Positions 51,001-57,805 of a stretch of 64,000 nt of DNA are shown in pieces. Each line of letters starts with the position of its first letter. Position 1 is the first letter of the stretch. Under the pieces are notes generated by a model. The model was given only the letters and a program-made list of their open reading frames with translations. It had not been told where the DNA came from and did not search any database. The position numbers and the translations under genes were made by a program. The stretch is from an uncultured Paraprevotella sp. (GTDB lineage: Bacteria > Bacteroidota > Bacteroidia > Bacteroidales > Bacteroidaceae). The stretch is from positions 2,933 to 66,932 of the forward strand of contig CALUIS010000016.1 in NCBI GenBank assembly GCA_944320765.1. Direction: 5' to 3'.

Positions 51001-54000
51001 ACGGCGTGGTGCCCGTTCACCGTCTGTCCGTCGCTGAGCGTCACCACGGGGCTGAGCAGGGTGGGGTAGTTGCGGATGTCGCGGCAGTCGGGGTTGGAGG
51101 TCTCCTGCCAGTTGTCCTCCGTCTCTTTGTAGCCGCCCATGAGGGTCACGCCGTAAGGCACGGTGTAGGTGTAGCTTTGCGGGTCGTTGGGGTCGCTCAG
51201 GTCGTCCTCGTTGGGATGGTAGACGAACGGGTTTTCTTTCTGGTTGTAGCCCGCCACCTTCACGATGGCGCGGTGGCCTGTCCCCCCGGCCACGTACTGT
51301 CCCGCCGCGTCGAGGATGTCCTGCAGCTTTTCGGCGCAGGCGGCCTGGTCGAGGCTGCCGCCGCTCCGCGTGCCGCGTCCCGCTTGGGTGACGTAGTAGG
51401 TGGCGGTGGTGATGCCGTTCTCCGTAGTCGTATTATGTTGGATATTGGCCGTATTGTCCAGCTCGTAGGCTCCCACGTCCACGGTGCAGTCCTTGATGCG
51501 GTCGGTGAAGTCCACGTCGGTTTCGGGCAGTGCGCTGCCTTCGTAGCCGTGGTTGACGCACCAGTTCCCCACTTTCAGGCGGTAGTTATTGTTGGTTTGG
51601 GCGTTGGCATCGGCAAAAGGATATTCCAAATAAGATCCGTTTTGGCTGTCCACCAGTTTGTTCCGGATGCCTTCGCTAAGTTGGGTTGCTGTATGTATGT
51701 AACAGTTGTAAGAAAGTTGGAAGGTACCTTCGCTGGTGGACTTGATGGCGAGGCCCGTGTTTCCGTAAAACAGGCAGTTGTAGATTTCCAAGTTGGACTT
51801 GATGCCGGTTGTTGTCCATTGGGTCAGTCCGCCGCCGTTGCCGTAGTTGGTTGTGCGGTTGTAGGCAATGGTGTTGTTGTAGAACTTGGCGTTCTCAATG
51901 AAAATGCCTCCGCCATCGACCTGGGACGAATTATTGGCCACCAACAAGTTGTAGCCTTTTCCTGCAAGCATGTACATGCCGCCGCCATAGGATTCATTGC
52001 CGTTGCAGGCGTTGTTGATGACGAAGCAGTTGATGACCTCACTGTAGTGGTCAAGATGGGTAGAGCTGTCGCCGTCGCAATAGATGCCGCCTCCGCGGTT
52101 TCGACTGGCACTGCCGTTGTAGTTTTGGGTCACTACGCAGTTGCGCAATTTCACGCCGCGGAACATGCGGACACCGGCCCCTCCGTCGCGGTTGGCAATA
52201 TAGTTCTTGTAAAAACCGTGTCGGATGGTGAACCCGTCCCAAGACGCTCCTTCATATTCTACATATCGGGGATCGTAGTTTTGGTTCTTTTCGTAACGTG
52301 TGGTGTTGGTGGTGGCATCATTATCATTTAAGTTGAAGTTGGGGTCACTTCCGGCTGTGCTTCCGGGAGCTTTTGTGGGGAGGCAGACATCCGGCTGGAA
52401 CAAGACGGGTTTGCGTAGCACGCCGTCCGATGTCGCGACATTATCGAAACGGCTTGAAATGTACGGGGTATTGCCGTCCCACCGGTCAAACATGGATTGC
52501 TCTTGTATTTGCAGGATGGTTTCATATTTAGCCCTGTCCGCTTCGGTGGCACCTTCGCGCAAAGGGATGTACTGCGACATTAGGGCTTTGCGCTCGTCCA
52601 TACCCGGACACCCTTCGTTGGGGAAACCACCATAGACATCCACGCGGTCGCGGATGACGTAACCTTTGTAGTCCGTGTAGATGCCTGCGGCCACCCATAC
52701 TTGCCTAATTTGTCCAGAAGGATCTGCTGCGGAGGCCTTCTCCACGGCATATTGCAGGCCGCTGATGTATCGTTCTTTTCGGTTATTGGTAATAGTGGGA
52801 TATTTGTTTGCCTTAATGAAGTCCTTGCTGGCACCGGACTGTTCGGCATAGGGGCGATTTATCTCATCGTAAAAGCCGATATACCGTGAGTTTGTAGTGA
52901 GAATCTTGTTTCCTCCTTCTGTGATGTATTGGTTATTGTCCAAATCGTAGATATAATTCCCCGCGATGGCGTTCTCCCAAGAAGAGCCGTCCATTTTGCC
53001 TGCGCCTTCGGGCGTGACGTACCACACTGTTCCTGTTTCCGGCAGTTCCGCCTCGTAGGCACCGAGGTCGGTCATGCCGCCGAGGTTGCGGGAGAGGCCG
53101 GCGATGTCTTGGGGGATAGGCATACTGGATGTCTGATTGATGACTTGGTTGGCAGCCTCCACTGAGCTGGTGAGCGGCTTGAAGGAAGAGTAACCGCCGC
53201 GGTAGGTGTCGAAGCCGAGGGTTGCGCCCTTGCCGTTCGTCGGGTTCTGGAAGTGCTCGGCAGTGACGTCGAGCGGTACGTTGTTGGAGCTGGCCAGCGT
53301 GTTGCCCATGGAGAGGCAGTTGGTGGCGGAGGCGTCTCCGCTATGCTGCGCATAGCTTCCTCCCGCATTGTTGGCGAAGGTGACATGGCGCAGGGTCAGG
53401 GCTCCGGCGATGACCGAAGCGGCGTTGGCATCGGCGTTCGTGTTGTTGTTCACTACGCAGTTGTCCATGTTTACAGTGGAGCCGGTTCCGCCGTAGATGG
53501 CCGCGCCCTGGTTCGCGCTGCAGTTCTCGATGATGCACCGCCGGAGCGTCACTGTGGCGTTTTCTTCGATGAGGAGGCCGCCGCCCTGCAGGTAGACGGC
53601 CTCGCCCGCCGCGTTGCCGTTGATGATGTGGAAGCCCTCGAAGGTGACTTTCGCGCCGGGCTGCACGTGGATGCAGTGGTAGAGGCCGTCGGCCCGGTCG
53701 CGTCCGTCCGGGTTGCCGTTGATGACGGAGCGGTAGGTGAGCGGGTCGTGGTCGTGGCTGTCGTTGTCCGCGAAACCGCCCTTGACGGTCAGGGGCAGCC
53801 CGCTCTGTATGGCCGGCACCCCGATGGTGGCCGACTTCGGGTCGTCGCTGGCGAAGGTGTAGCGCGGATAGATGGTCTCGCTCTGCAACACGTAGATTTC
53901 CAACTGGTTGACGCCTTGGGCTTCCATTTCGGCCTTCGTCAGGTCCGCCATATAGCTGATGGCCTCGTTGACGGAGCGGTAGCCCCTCTCCCAGCTGCTG

Positions 54001-56888
54001 CCGTCGTGTTCCGGTTCCTGGCAGGACACGTCCACATAGAGGCGGAGGGTGCTGCCATTCTTTTCAGGGACCAATTGCACCGGGTCGATGCGGTGTGCGC
54101 CGAGGGCCGGCTTGCTGTGCAGCGGGTCGCCCTTGAGGTCCACCTGCGGGATGAGGCTCACGCCGGAGGGCATGGCGAGGGGCGGCAAGCCCTGGGCGCG
54201 GAGGTTGCTGCCCTGCACGGCTTGCCAGAGGTAGTCGATGTCGGTCCAGTTTTCCTGGATGCCGTATTCCGTTCTCAGCGATGCCGCGTCGGCGAAGTTG
54301 GTGCTTCCGCCCGCCGGGTCGGAAAAGTCCGGCGCGAGCAGGGTGGTGTTCCCGGCTTCCGGCACGTTGTTGTCGTCGCTCAGGCGCAGCACGTCCTCCT
54401 GCAGGATGTTGTACCACACCGCGCTGTTGTAGCCCGACACGGCGGAGTTGTAGAACCGCACTTTGTCTGTGGCCGGGTTGAGGGCGTAGAAGGGCGCGTT
54501 GTCCGACGCGCCGTTATGGTTGTTCCACAGCACGGAGTTCACCACCAGCCCGTATTCGTAGAGGTAGAGGCCGCCCGTCTTGGAGGCGTCGCTCATGGCC
54601 GCGTCCGTGGCGCGGGGGGTGTAGTTGTTCACGATGGTGCTTTGCACCACGGTGCCGCCCCGGTAGCAGTACACCGCCCCGTTCTCCAGGCTCTGGTTGT
54701 TGCTCACCACGCTGGTGGAGAGGGTCAGCTGGCCGGGGTATCCGCCCGCGGGACAGTTCATGAACAACGCCCCGCCGTTGTGGGCCGAGTTGTTGGCCAT
54801 CATGCAGCGCAACACCTCGCCCCGCGTGTCGGCGTACACCGCCCCGCCATGGCCGGTAACGGCGCTGTTGTTGTAGATGAGGCAGCCTTCCACGCGCCCG
54901 CCTTTCAGGTAGATGCCGCCGCCATGGTTCTGTGCGCGGTTCTCCTTCACCACGCAGTTGACCAGCGCGGTGCGTTCGCCTTGCATGTACACGCCGCCGC
55001 CCAGTCCGTCCGTGCCGCTGTTTCCTGAGGCATAGCCGCCCCGGATGGTGACGCCGCACAGCTCGGTGCGCAACCCGAACTCACCCTCGCCTTCGCCAAG
55101 AGGGGCGAACCACACCACGTGGCAGGATTCGCTGGTGGGGGTCCAGCTGTTGTTGCTCGCGCTCCACGTGCAGTCGCCGTTGTAGTTGTAGCCTTCGAGG
55201 ATGGTCTCGCCGCCGTTGGCGTAGGCCCACGGGCGGTCTCCCCTTGTCAGCTTGTCGCGGGTCATGTCTGCCGGTTCCTCCGGGAATCCGCCGTAGACGC
55301 TGATGCCGTCGCGCATCCGGAAGAAGACGGTGGCCGTGTTGCCTGCCACGAGCTGTCGTGTGGGCCGGTAGGTGCCGGCGGCCACCCACACCTCTCCCCG
55401 TCCGCCCATGTCGGCCAGGTCGTCAATGGCTTGCTGCAGGTCTCCCATGGCCTGGCTCCAGCTGGTGCCGTTGCCCGTTCCTCCCGCCTTGACGTAGCGG
55501 ATGTGTCCGGCCTCCACCTGGCGGTACTCATACGCGCCGATGTCGGGGAGCGTGCCGGAGGGGCGTGCGGTGCCGATGGGGTCCAGGGCCAGCACGCCTC
55601 GGACGGCGGCGGGGAGGTCCGCGATGGCGGCTCCCCGGTCAATCAGCACCGAACCGTGGCGCAGCTGGTAGCTTTGGTCGGGGTAGGGGCTTTCCTGCCA
55701 GTTGAAGTCCTGGTCGAAGCCCATCTTGGGCGAGGGGTCGTCGAAGAGGGGCGGCTGGTCGTCCAGGTCGAAGTTGTTCGCTCCGGCATAGATGTTGCCG
55801 TAGCCGTCCGCCGCGCCTTTGTCGGCTTCGGGATAGGCGCAGTGCGACATGCCGGGCTTGTTCGCCTCGGTCTCGTAGAGGGCGGAGTTGCCCCAGATGA
55901 CTGTGTTGTACACTTGTATGCTGCCATCGGCGGGGTCGGTCAGCTCCACGGCAGCCGCCGTGTTGCGCGTCACGGTGCTCTGCACCACGCGGGCCTCGGG
56001 CGACATGAGGATGCCGCCGTTCTCGTTGTTGGCCACGACGGTGTTCACCACCATGCCGCGCCCGGCCAGGTAGATGCCGCCGCCGTCGTTCTGTTGCGAG
56101 GAGCGCGTGCCCGCCGCGTTGTTCATCAGGTAACATGACTCGATGGTGGAGGCGTCCGATCCGGCACCGTCATGCACGTAGATGGCGCCGCCCGTGGGAG
56201 CGTAGTTGTAGAGGAAGAAGCAGTGGCGGATGTGGTAGGTGCCGCTGCCGCTCACCACTACCGCGCCGCCAGGGCCGTAGCGGTTGGCATCGGTGTTGTG
56301 GGCCGCCGCGATGGTGAGTCCGTCAATCATCGTGGCTTCCGTGCCGTCGGTGGCGAGGGTGAACACGTGCGGGGCGTTGTCAGCCCGCAGGTCGTCCGGG
56401 TCGTCGGTGGGGAAGATGAGCGACGGGCCTGCCGGGAAGTACTTGTCGTCCTTGTCCCGGTCGGCCACGACGACGGAGATGTAGCGGAACTCGAAGCGGT
56501 CGCCCCGCCGTGCGCGGTTGTCCGGCGTCTCGGTGGTTTCCGTGCCGCTCTCGCCCGAGAAGCCGCCGTAGATTTTCACGCCGGCGGGGACGGCGAAGCC
56601 CTCTTCGGACGGTACGACATAGACTTTCTCGCGACTGTCCACCTTCTCATAGCCCATGAGGCGGATTTCGTCGCCGGCCTCCGCCTGCCGCAGGGCCTCA
56701 TAGAGCGTGGTGGCGTCCTGCCAGGAAGAGCCGTTTCCCTTGCTGGCCTCGTTCAGCGGTTTGACGTAATAGATGTTTTGTGCCATGGCCGTCATGGCGC
56801 AGCATAAAAAGAGGCAAGCCGCGAGGAAAGCGGCCTTGCGTGTCGTTCCCGTTGCTGAATTCATCTTATATAAGTCCTTCATCTTCAT
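45012..56888 (-). CDS. Giant (3958 aa) secreted surface protein: eight tandem right-handed beta-helix (Pmp/pectin-lyase-like) modules with choice-of-anchor-Q-like ends and a T9SS-like CTD
   Basis: Signal peptide (AMA-Q). Eight repeats start YV...G.G.SW..A...L..A and end D.GAYE-like, with many GGG(I/L/V)Y motifs. C-terminal VTLYDPSG...LKPGIYLV...KVFVQ. Confidence 0.85.
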   Translation of the reverse strand: MKMKDLYKMNSATGTTRKAAFLAACLFLCCAMTAMAQNIYYVKPLNEASKGNGSSWQDATTLYEALRQAEAGDEIRLMGYEKVDSREKVYVVPSEEGFAVPAGVKIYGGFSGESGTETTETPDNRARRGDRFEFRYISVVVADRDKDDKYFPAGPSLIFPTDDPDDLRADNAPHVFTLATDGTEATMIDGLTIAAAHNTDANRYGPGGAVVVSGSGTYHIRHCFFLYNYAPTGGAIYVHDGAGSDASTIESCYLMNNAAGTRSSQQNDGGGIYLAGRGMVVNTVVANNENGGILMSPEARVVQSTVTRNTAAAVELTDPADGSIQVYNTVIWGNSALYETEANKPGMSHCAYPEADKGAADGYGNIYAGANNFDLDDQPPLFDDPSPKMGFDQDFNWQESPYPDQSYQLRHGSVLIDRGAAIADLPAAVRGVLALDPIGTARPSGTLPDIGAYEYRQVEAGHIRYVKAGGTGNGTSWSQAMGDLQQAIDDLADMGGRGEVWVAAGTYRPTRQLVAGNTATVFFRMRDGISVYGGFPEEPADMTRDKLTRGDRPWAYANGGETILEGYNYNGDCTWSASNNSWTPTSESCHVVWFAPLGEGEGEFGLRTELCGVTIRGGYASGNSGTDGLGGGVYMQGERTALVNCVVKENRAQNHGGGIYLKGGRVEGCLIYNNSAVTGHGGAVYADTRGEVLRCMMANNSAHNGGALFMNCPAGGYPGQLTLSTSVVSNNQSLENGAVYCYRGGTVVQSTIVNNYTPRATDAAMSDASKTGGLYLYEYGLVVNSVLWNNHNGASDNAPFYALNPATDKVRFYNSAVSGYNSAVWYNILQEDVLRLSDDNNVPEAGNTTLLAPDFSDPAGGSTNFADAASLRTEYGIQENWTDIDYLWQAVQGSNLRAQGLPPLAMPSGVSLIPQVDLKGDPLHSKPALGAHRIDPVQLVPEKNGSTLRLYVDVSCQEPEHDGSSWERGYRSVNEAISYMADLTKAEMEAQGVNQLEIYVLQSETIYPRYTFASDDPKSATIGVPAIQSGLPLTVKGGFADNDSHDHDPLTYRSVINGNPDGRDRADGLYHCIHVQPGAKVTFEGFHIINGNAAGEAVYLQGGGLLIEENATVTLRRCIIENCSANQGAAIYGGTGSTVNMDNCVVNNNTNADANAASVIAGALTLRHVTFANNAGGSYAQHSGDASATNCLSMGNTLASSNNVPLDVTAEHFQNPTNGKGATLGFDTYRGGYSSFKPLTSSVEAANQVINQTSSMPIPQDIAGLSRNLGGMTDLGAYEAELPETGTVWYVTPEGAGKMDGSSWENAIAGNYIYDLDNNQYITEGGNKILTTNSRYIGFYDEINRPYAEQSGASKDFIKANKYPTITNNRKERYISGLQYAVEKASAADPSGQIRQVWVAAGIYTDYKGYVIRDRVDVYGGFPNEGCPGMDERKALMSQYIPLREGATEADRAKYETILQIQEQSMFDRWDGNTPYISSRFDNVATSDGVLRKPVLFQPDVCLPTKAPGSTAGSDPNFNLNDNDATTNTTRYEKNQNYDPRYVEYEGASWDGFTIRHGFYKNYIANRDGGAGVRMFRGVKLRNCVVTQNYNGSASRNRGGGIYCDGDSSTHLDHYSEVINCFVINNACNGNESYGGGMYMLAGKGYNLLVANNSSQVDGGGIFIENAKFYNNTIAYNRTTNYGNGGGLTQWTTTGIKSNLEIYNCLFYGNTGLAIKSTSEGTFQLSYNCYIHTATQLSEGIRNKLVDSQNGSYLEYPFADANAQTNNNYRLKVGNWCVNHGYEGSALPETDVDFTDRIKDCTVDVGAYELDNTANIQHNTTTENGITTATYYVTQAGRGTRSGGSLDQAACAEKLQDILDAAGQYVAGGTGHRAIVKVAGYNQKENPFVYHPNEDDLSDPNDPQSYTYTVPYGVTLMGGYKETEDNWQETSNPDCRDIRNYPTLLSPVVTLSDGQTVNGHHAVTFGEKPEGDTQGLTTILDGVTLTEGQATSSGRDNDKGGGAVVPAWGHVRNCIVRDNTATSGGGLYLEAGATVSGTLVKDNQATYGAGIYAANGHTGAEAPTATAGTYIISSTIAGNTSDDTGGGLYLEDGAAVTLNSVIWGNEASSDMNISGVTETRFTDDYIGHTLTGQADDAPTEIYLFNSCFVEQTELPATFEQNTSMTREPNDYFADEVNYMLRAFSPLIKSGMPVGYQTRLVTGMGVASADINRLEREQTGMDRLDVGAFAFEGGRLSTNKWFTRLFVAATGRDDRIPDDINVEDYLGRSFYTPFSHLDEALQYVREVRKTYEKAREKTFEILIAEGTYKPTYKRDNNTAPGLVNDQRLNSFNVPYGVQIYGGFSGKEGYICNENNENLTSIPGVSNVNWQTNATTENILAAREQSDLNSNGILEPWEMSYQSILSGNINVSTTETNAYHVIYSDTENKGQNDQSYDIPQNMAAEVTLDGLTIMDGQTANTAYAESENAQEGTGVVGRGGGIYSSGVKYTLNRCRLLRNRAVIGNAIYVHDAGLRLFGSMLAGNSTVDDPKTEENNYLGGGAAMVYGGDYGLKAFNTLWANNETTGDGGAAAVFPSSDDEKTGILLVNNTLVRNKSAEYAVTARHGDILNTLAWGNEYTDGANPESFHRNLTTSVRYSATEENHWTESQKPDGKTDATGNHNITVSADNGAVDGPRFAAPSATAGVAGFSSAERWNPGSISILTDAGDGVVDKDVAFPTSEAEVPDYYGAAEGAYKERLTDTYDPNSPILNAFMEKEDGSLYLRYSGPKDEDNQDMDRIIDIGLYEYQYNLAFDKMDTIYVATMDAGEANGLNWANATSDLRGAIVGLANASDDQNTTEKKNWPYNAVLIRQGEYANAHTFAGNTAFNATMGSTTMSSAQTLSIRGSYNEQGVQDFSNPTVIYAHPDAETETLLDINVPQAGREVFVEGILFHNAKEDGTKGDGIRIHTSQTNNKVTLKNVQVRDSGKGAVVESGSQGGHTLVNVLFADNSGTGLAVEQNATATVINGTFAQNGTDFTGSPTVQNSVAWKNTKNQHLSTLTDNETNHNVAFAPGTDNDDIVNGPNFVNPTADDVLSRDYHIRPGIALLDQGDDTPYESFMEDYRYPGFIQDGQDPDDAVSDAAKAAETDLGGTARFVDQSIDVGAYEYAAPMRQIIYVDDRLTTAGDGSSWENALTDLQDAVNLAGIYANTRPNEYGYVFAQSTVGQDGRVASLNVQLGGTKVYGGMHTERYNGSETAATDTAATDTVAGLLAQRRGMMESQGQHSTVSGLAIKAEQGDNKNTSVVDGFLVDGQATIGQRGMLSTSIVEGNVTMEEEGVLYNSFVDGAAGTTGTIVNVTATGTINAGTNLNNRENATGKNRYIHNQTDEAWNYQLDEESADIDPDGNHDITAYMKLAGHDRDLAGNPRLLNGKPDNGCFETWSVPENGKLATANQSTVQGDGIAAGKHYPVAGSVVYVNTGGHFVVGHDTRTTSGTVTTTTPFTPGYLLLREGASLYGNGHDVSLPYVATERALSAGWNLAAVPYALRRDGISRVDEAAGKATAFTPLIEADSTETYNGAKRAESLFAFHESDSEFWNESATSFNANQGFALKAGTDGTYRFTAGAENGTAPVYSETADETEKTVALTQYDENTVNADGTPKFTFKENMGWNLFGLPYLVSGYDLTAKLTGTTPAMDLPHILYTLQDGQYFTMQSWDGTTTRPDGTTDGTLSFGKGVFTQTAVIGDGQTESLRFRRPSAPGETTDGNGVNLQQYRLGLWGETGADGFVFSPTNEETDGDFTLGADGLKMMAPRADAPQLYAVNRTGTRFSLMNAVDAAGSLQVGIRAVAGEYTMTLGETADIETATEVWLTDHKTGAKVDLRRTDYRFTLTEAADDAARFTLSFSSIADDTAGTLNVYVRRRILYVEGLREGDTVTLYDPSGTRVHAERTTGGSFRHALKPGIYLVHVSGQKSARKVFVQ

Positions 56889-56936
56889 GTCTCGTTCCTA
56901 TTGTTTTCTTCCTCTATTATATTCAGACTTTGAATT

Positions 56937-56972
56937 GCTCCCCTGCGAAGCGGGGCAGTTTTTGGCCGCGGG
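56937..56972. repeat. Truncated extra copy of the REP right arm plus flank
   Basis: GCTCCCCTGCGAAGCGGGGCAGTTTTTGGCCGCGGG resembles 57132-57167 GCCCCCCTGCGAGGCGGGGCAGTTTTTGGTTGCGGG. Confidence 0.8.
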
Positions 56973-56987
56973 CTTCCGTTCGGCGAT

Positions 56988-57153
56988 TGCTCCGCCTTGT
57001 AGGGGAGCTGGCCCGTAGGGCCTGAGGGGTTTAACGCGCACGTCAGCAAACTTTTAAAGTCAGCTTTCGTGTTTGTTCCCCTCGTGGGCGTTTTCCTCGT
57101 GGGCGTGAGACCCCCCAGCCGCTTCGCGGCAGCCCCCCTGCGAGGCGGGGCAG
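56988..57153. repeat. REP-like inverted doublet, copy B (left direct repeat of the DUF559 unit)
   Basis: 166 bp; 5 mismatches versus copy C by manual alignment. Confidence 0.95.
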
Positions 57154-57590
57154 TTTTTGGTTGCGGGTTCTTTCTTCTCCTCGAACTCCGTTTGTGACAG
57201 TTCCGCCCGACGTTGCGATACGGCTGTCTGGATTTGTCGGACTACGACAGACATGTTGCGGAACACATCTTCGTTTTCGTAGCGGAGAATCCGGATGCCA
57301 TGTTCGCGATAAAGGTAGTCACTCCTTTGTCGGTCGTGTTCCAGTCCGTCGGGGGAATAGTGGCCGTCTCCGTCCAGTTCTATGCCCAGCCGCAGCTCGT
57401 GGCAGTAGAAGTCCAGGATGTATGGCCCCACGCCATATTGTCTTCTCCATCGGCTACCGTTCATTTGTTTGCCGCGCAGCAATTTCCAGAGTGTCGCTTC
57501 GGCCGGGGTCAGGTTGTGCCGCAGCTCTTTCCGGCGGGCTTTGCCGTCGTATGGATTGTCTGTCTGGTATTTGCTTCGGTCGTATGTCAT
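57060..57590 (-). CDS. DUF559 endonuclease-domain protein (Vsr-like fold)
   Basis: RKELRHNLTPAEATLWKLLR, WRRQYGVGPYILDFYC, LGIELDGDGH, HDRQRSDYL and GIRILRYEN. The last ~31 codons lie within repeat B. Confidence 0.9.
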   Translation of the reverse strand: MTYDRSKYQTDNPYDGKARRKELRHNLTPAEATLWKLLRGKQMNGSRWRRQYGVGPYILDFYCHELRLGIELDGDGHYSPDGLEHDRQRSDYLYREHGIRILRYENEDVFRNMSVVVRQIQTAVSQRRAELSQTEFEEKKEPATKNCPASQGGCREAAGGSHAHEENAHEGNKHES

Positions 57591-57616
57591 CTTACGTTTT
57601 GTTTTGTTTTTATAAC

Positions 57617-57782
57617 TGCTCCGCCTTGTAGGGGAGCTGGCCCGTAGGGCCTGAGGGGTTTGACATTCACGTCAGCAAACTTTTAAAGTCAGCTTTCGTG
57701 TTTGTTCCCCTCGTGGGCGTTTTCCTCGTGGGTGTGAGACCCCCCAGCCGCTTCGCGGCAGCCCCCCTGCGAGGCGGGGCAG
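57617..57782. repeat. REP-like inverted doublet, copy C (right direct repeat of the DUF559 unit)
   Basis: Near-identical to copy B; ends 26 nt before the DUF559 ATG. Confidence 0.95.
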
Positions 57783-57805
57783 TCTTTTTGTCCCTGTGGG
57801 TGGTT

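Larger units (their letters stand above)
56988..57782. mobile_element. Putative DUF559-REP cassette (direct repeat, endonuclease gene, direct repeat)
   Basis: The 463-bp unique core holds only the endonuclease gene and its A-rich leader, between 166-bp repeats offset by 629 bp. Mobility is inferred, not shown. Confidence 0.55.

Noticed and set aside
45828-52331. 2167-aa plus-strand ORF, and similar long antisense ORFs (15057-17228, 26043-29051, 53253-55028, 35910-37688)
   Set aside because: Shadow ORFs opposite well-supported genes in GC-rich DNA; the translations are low-complexity V/G/R/H-rich and have no motifs.
56937-57782. Repeat cluster as a CRISPR array
   Set aside because: The units are long inverted doublets with homologous rather than unique spacers, there is no regular period, and no cas genes are present.
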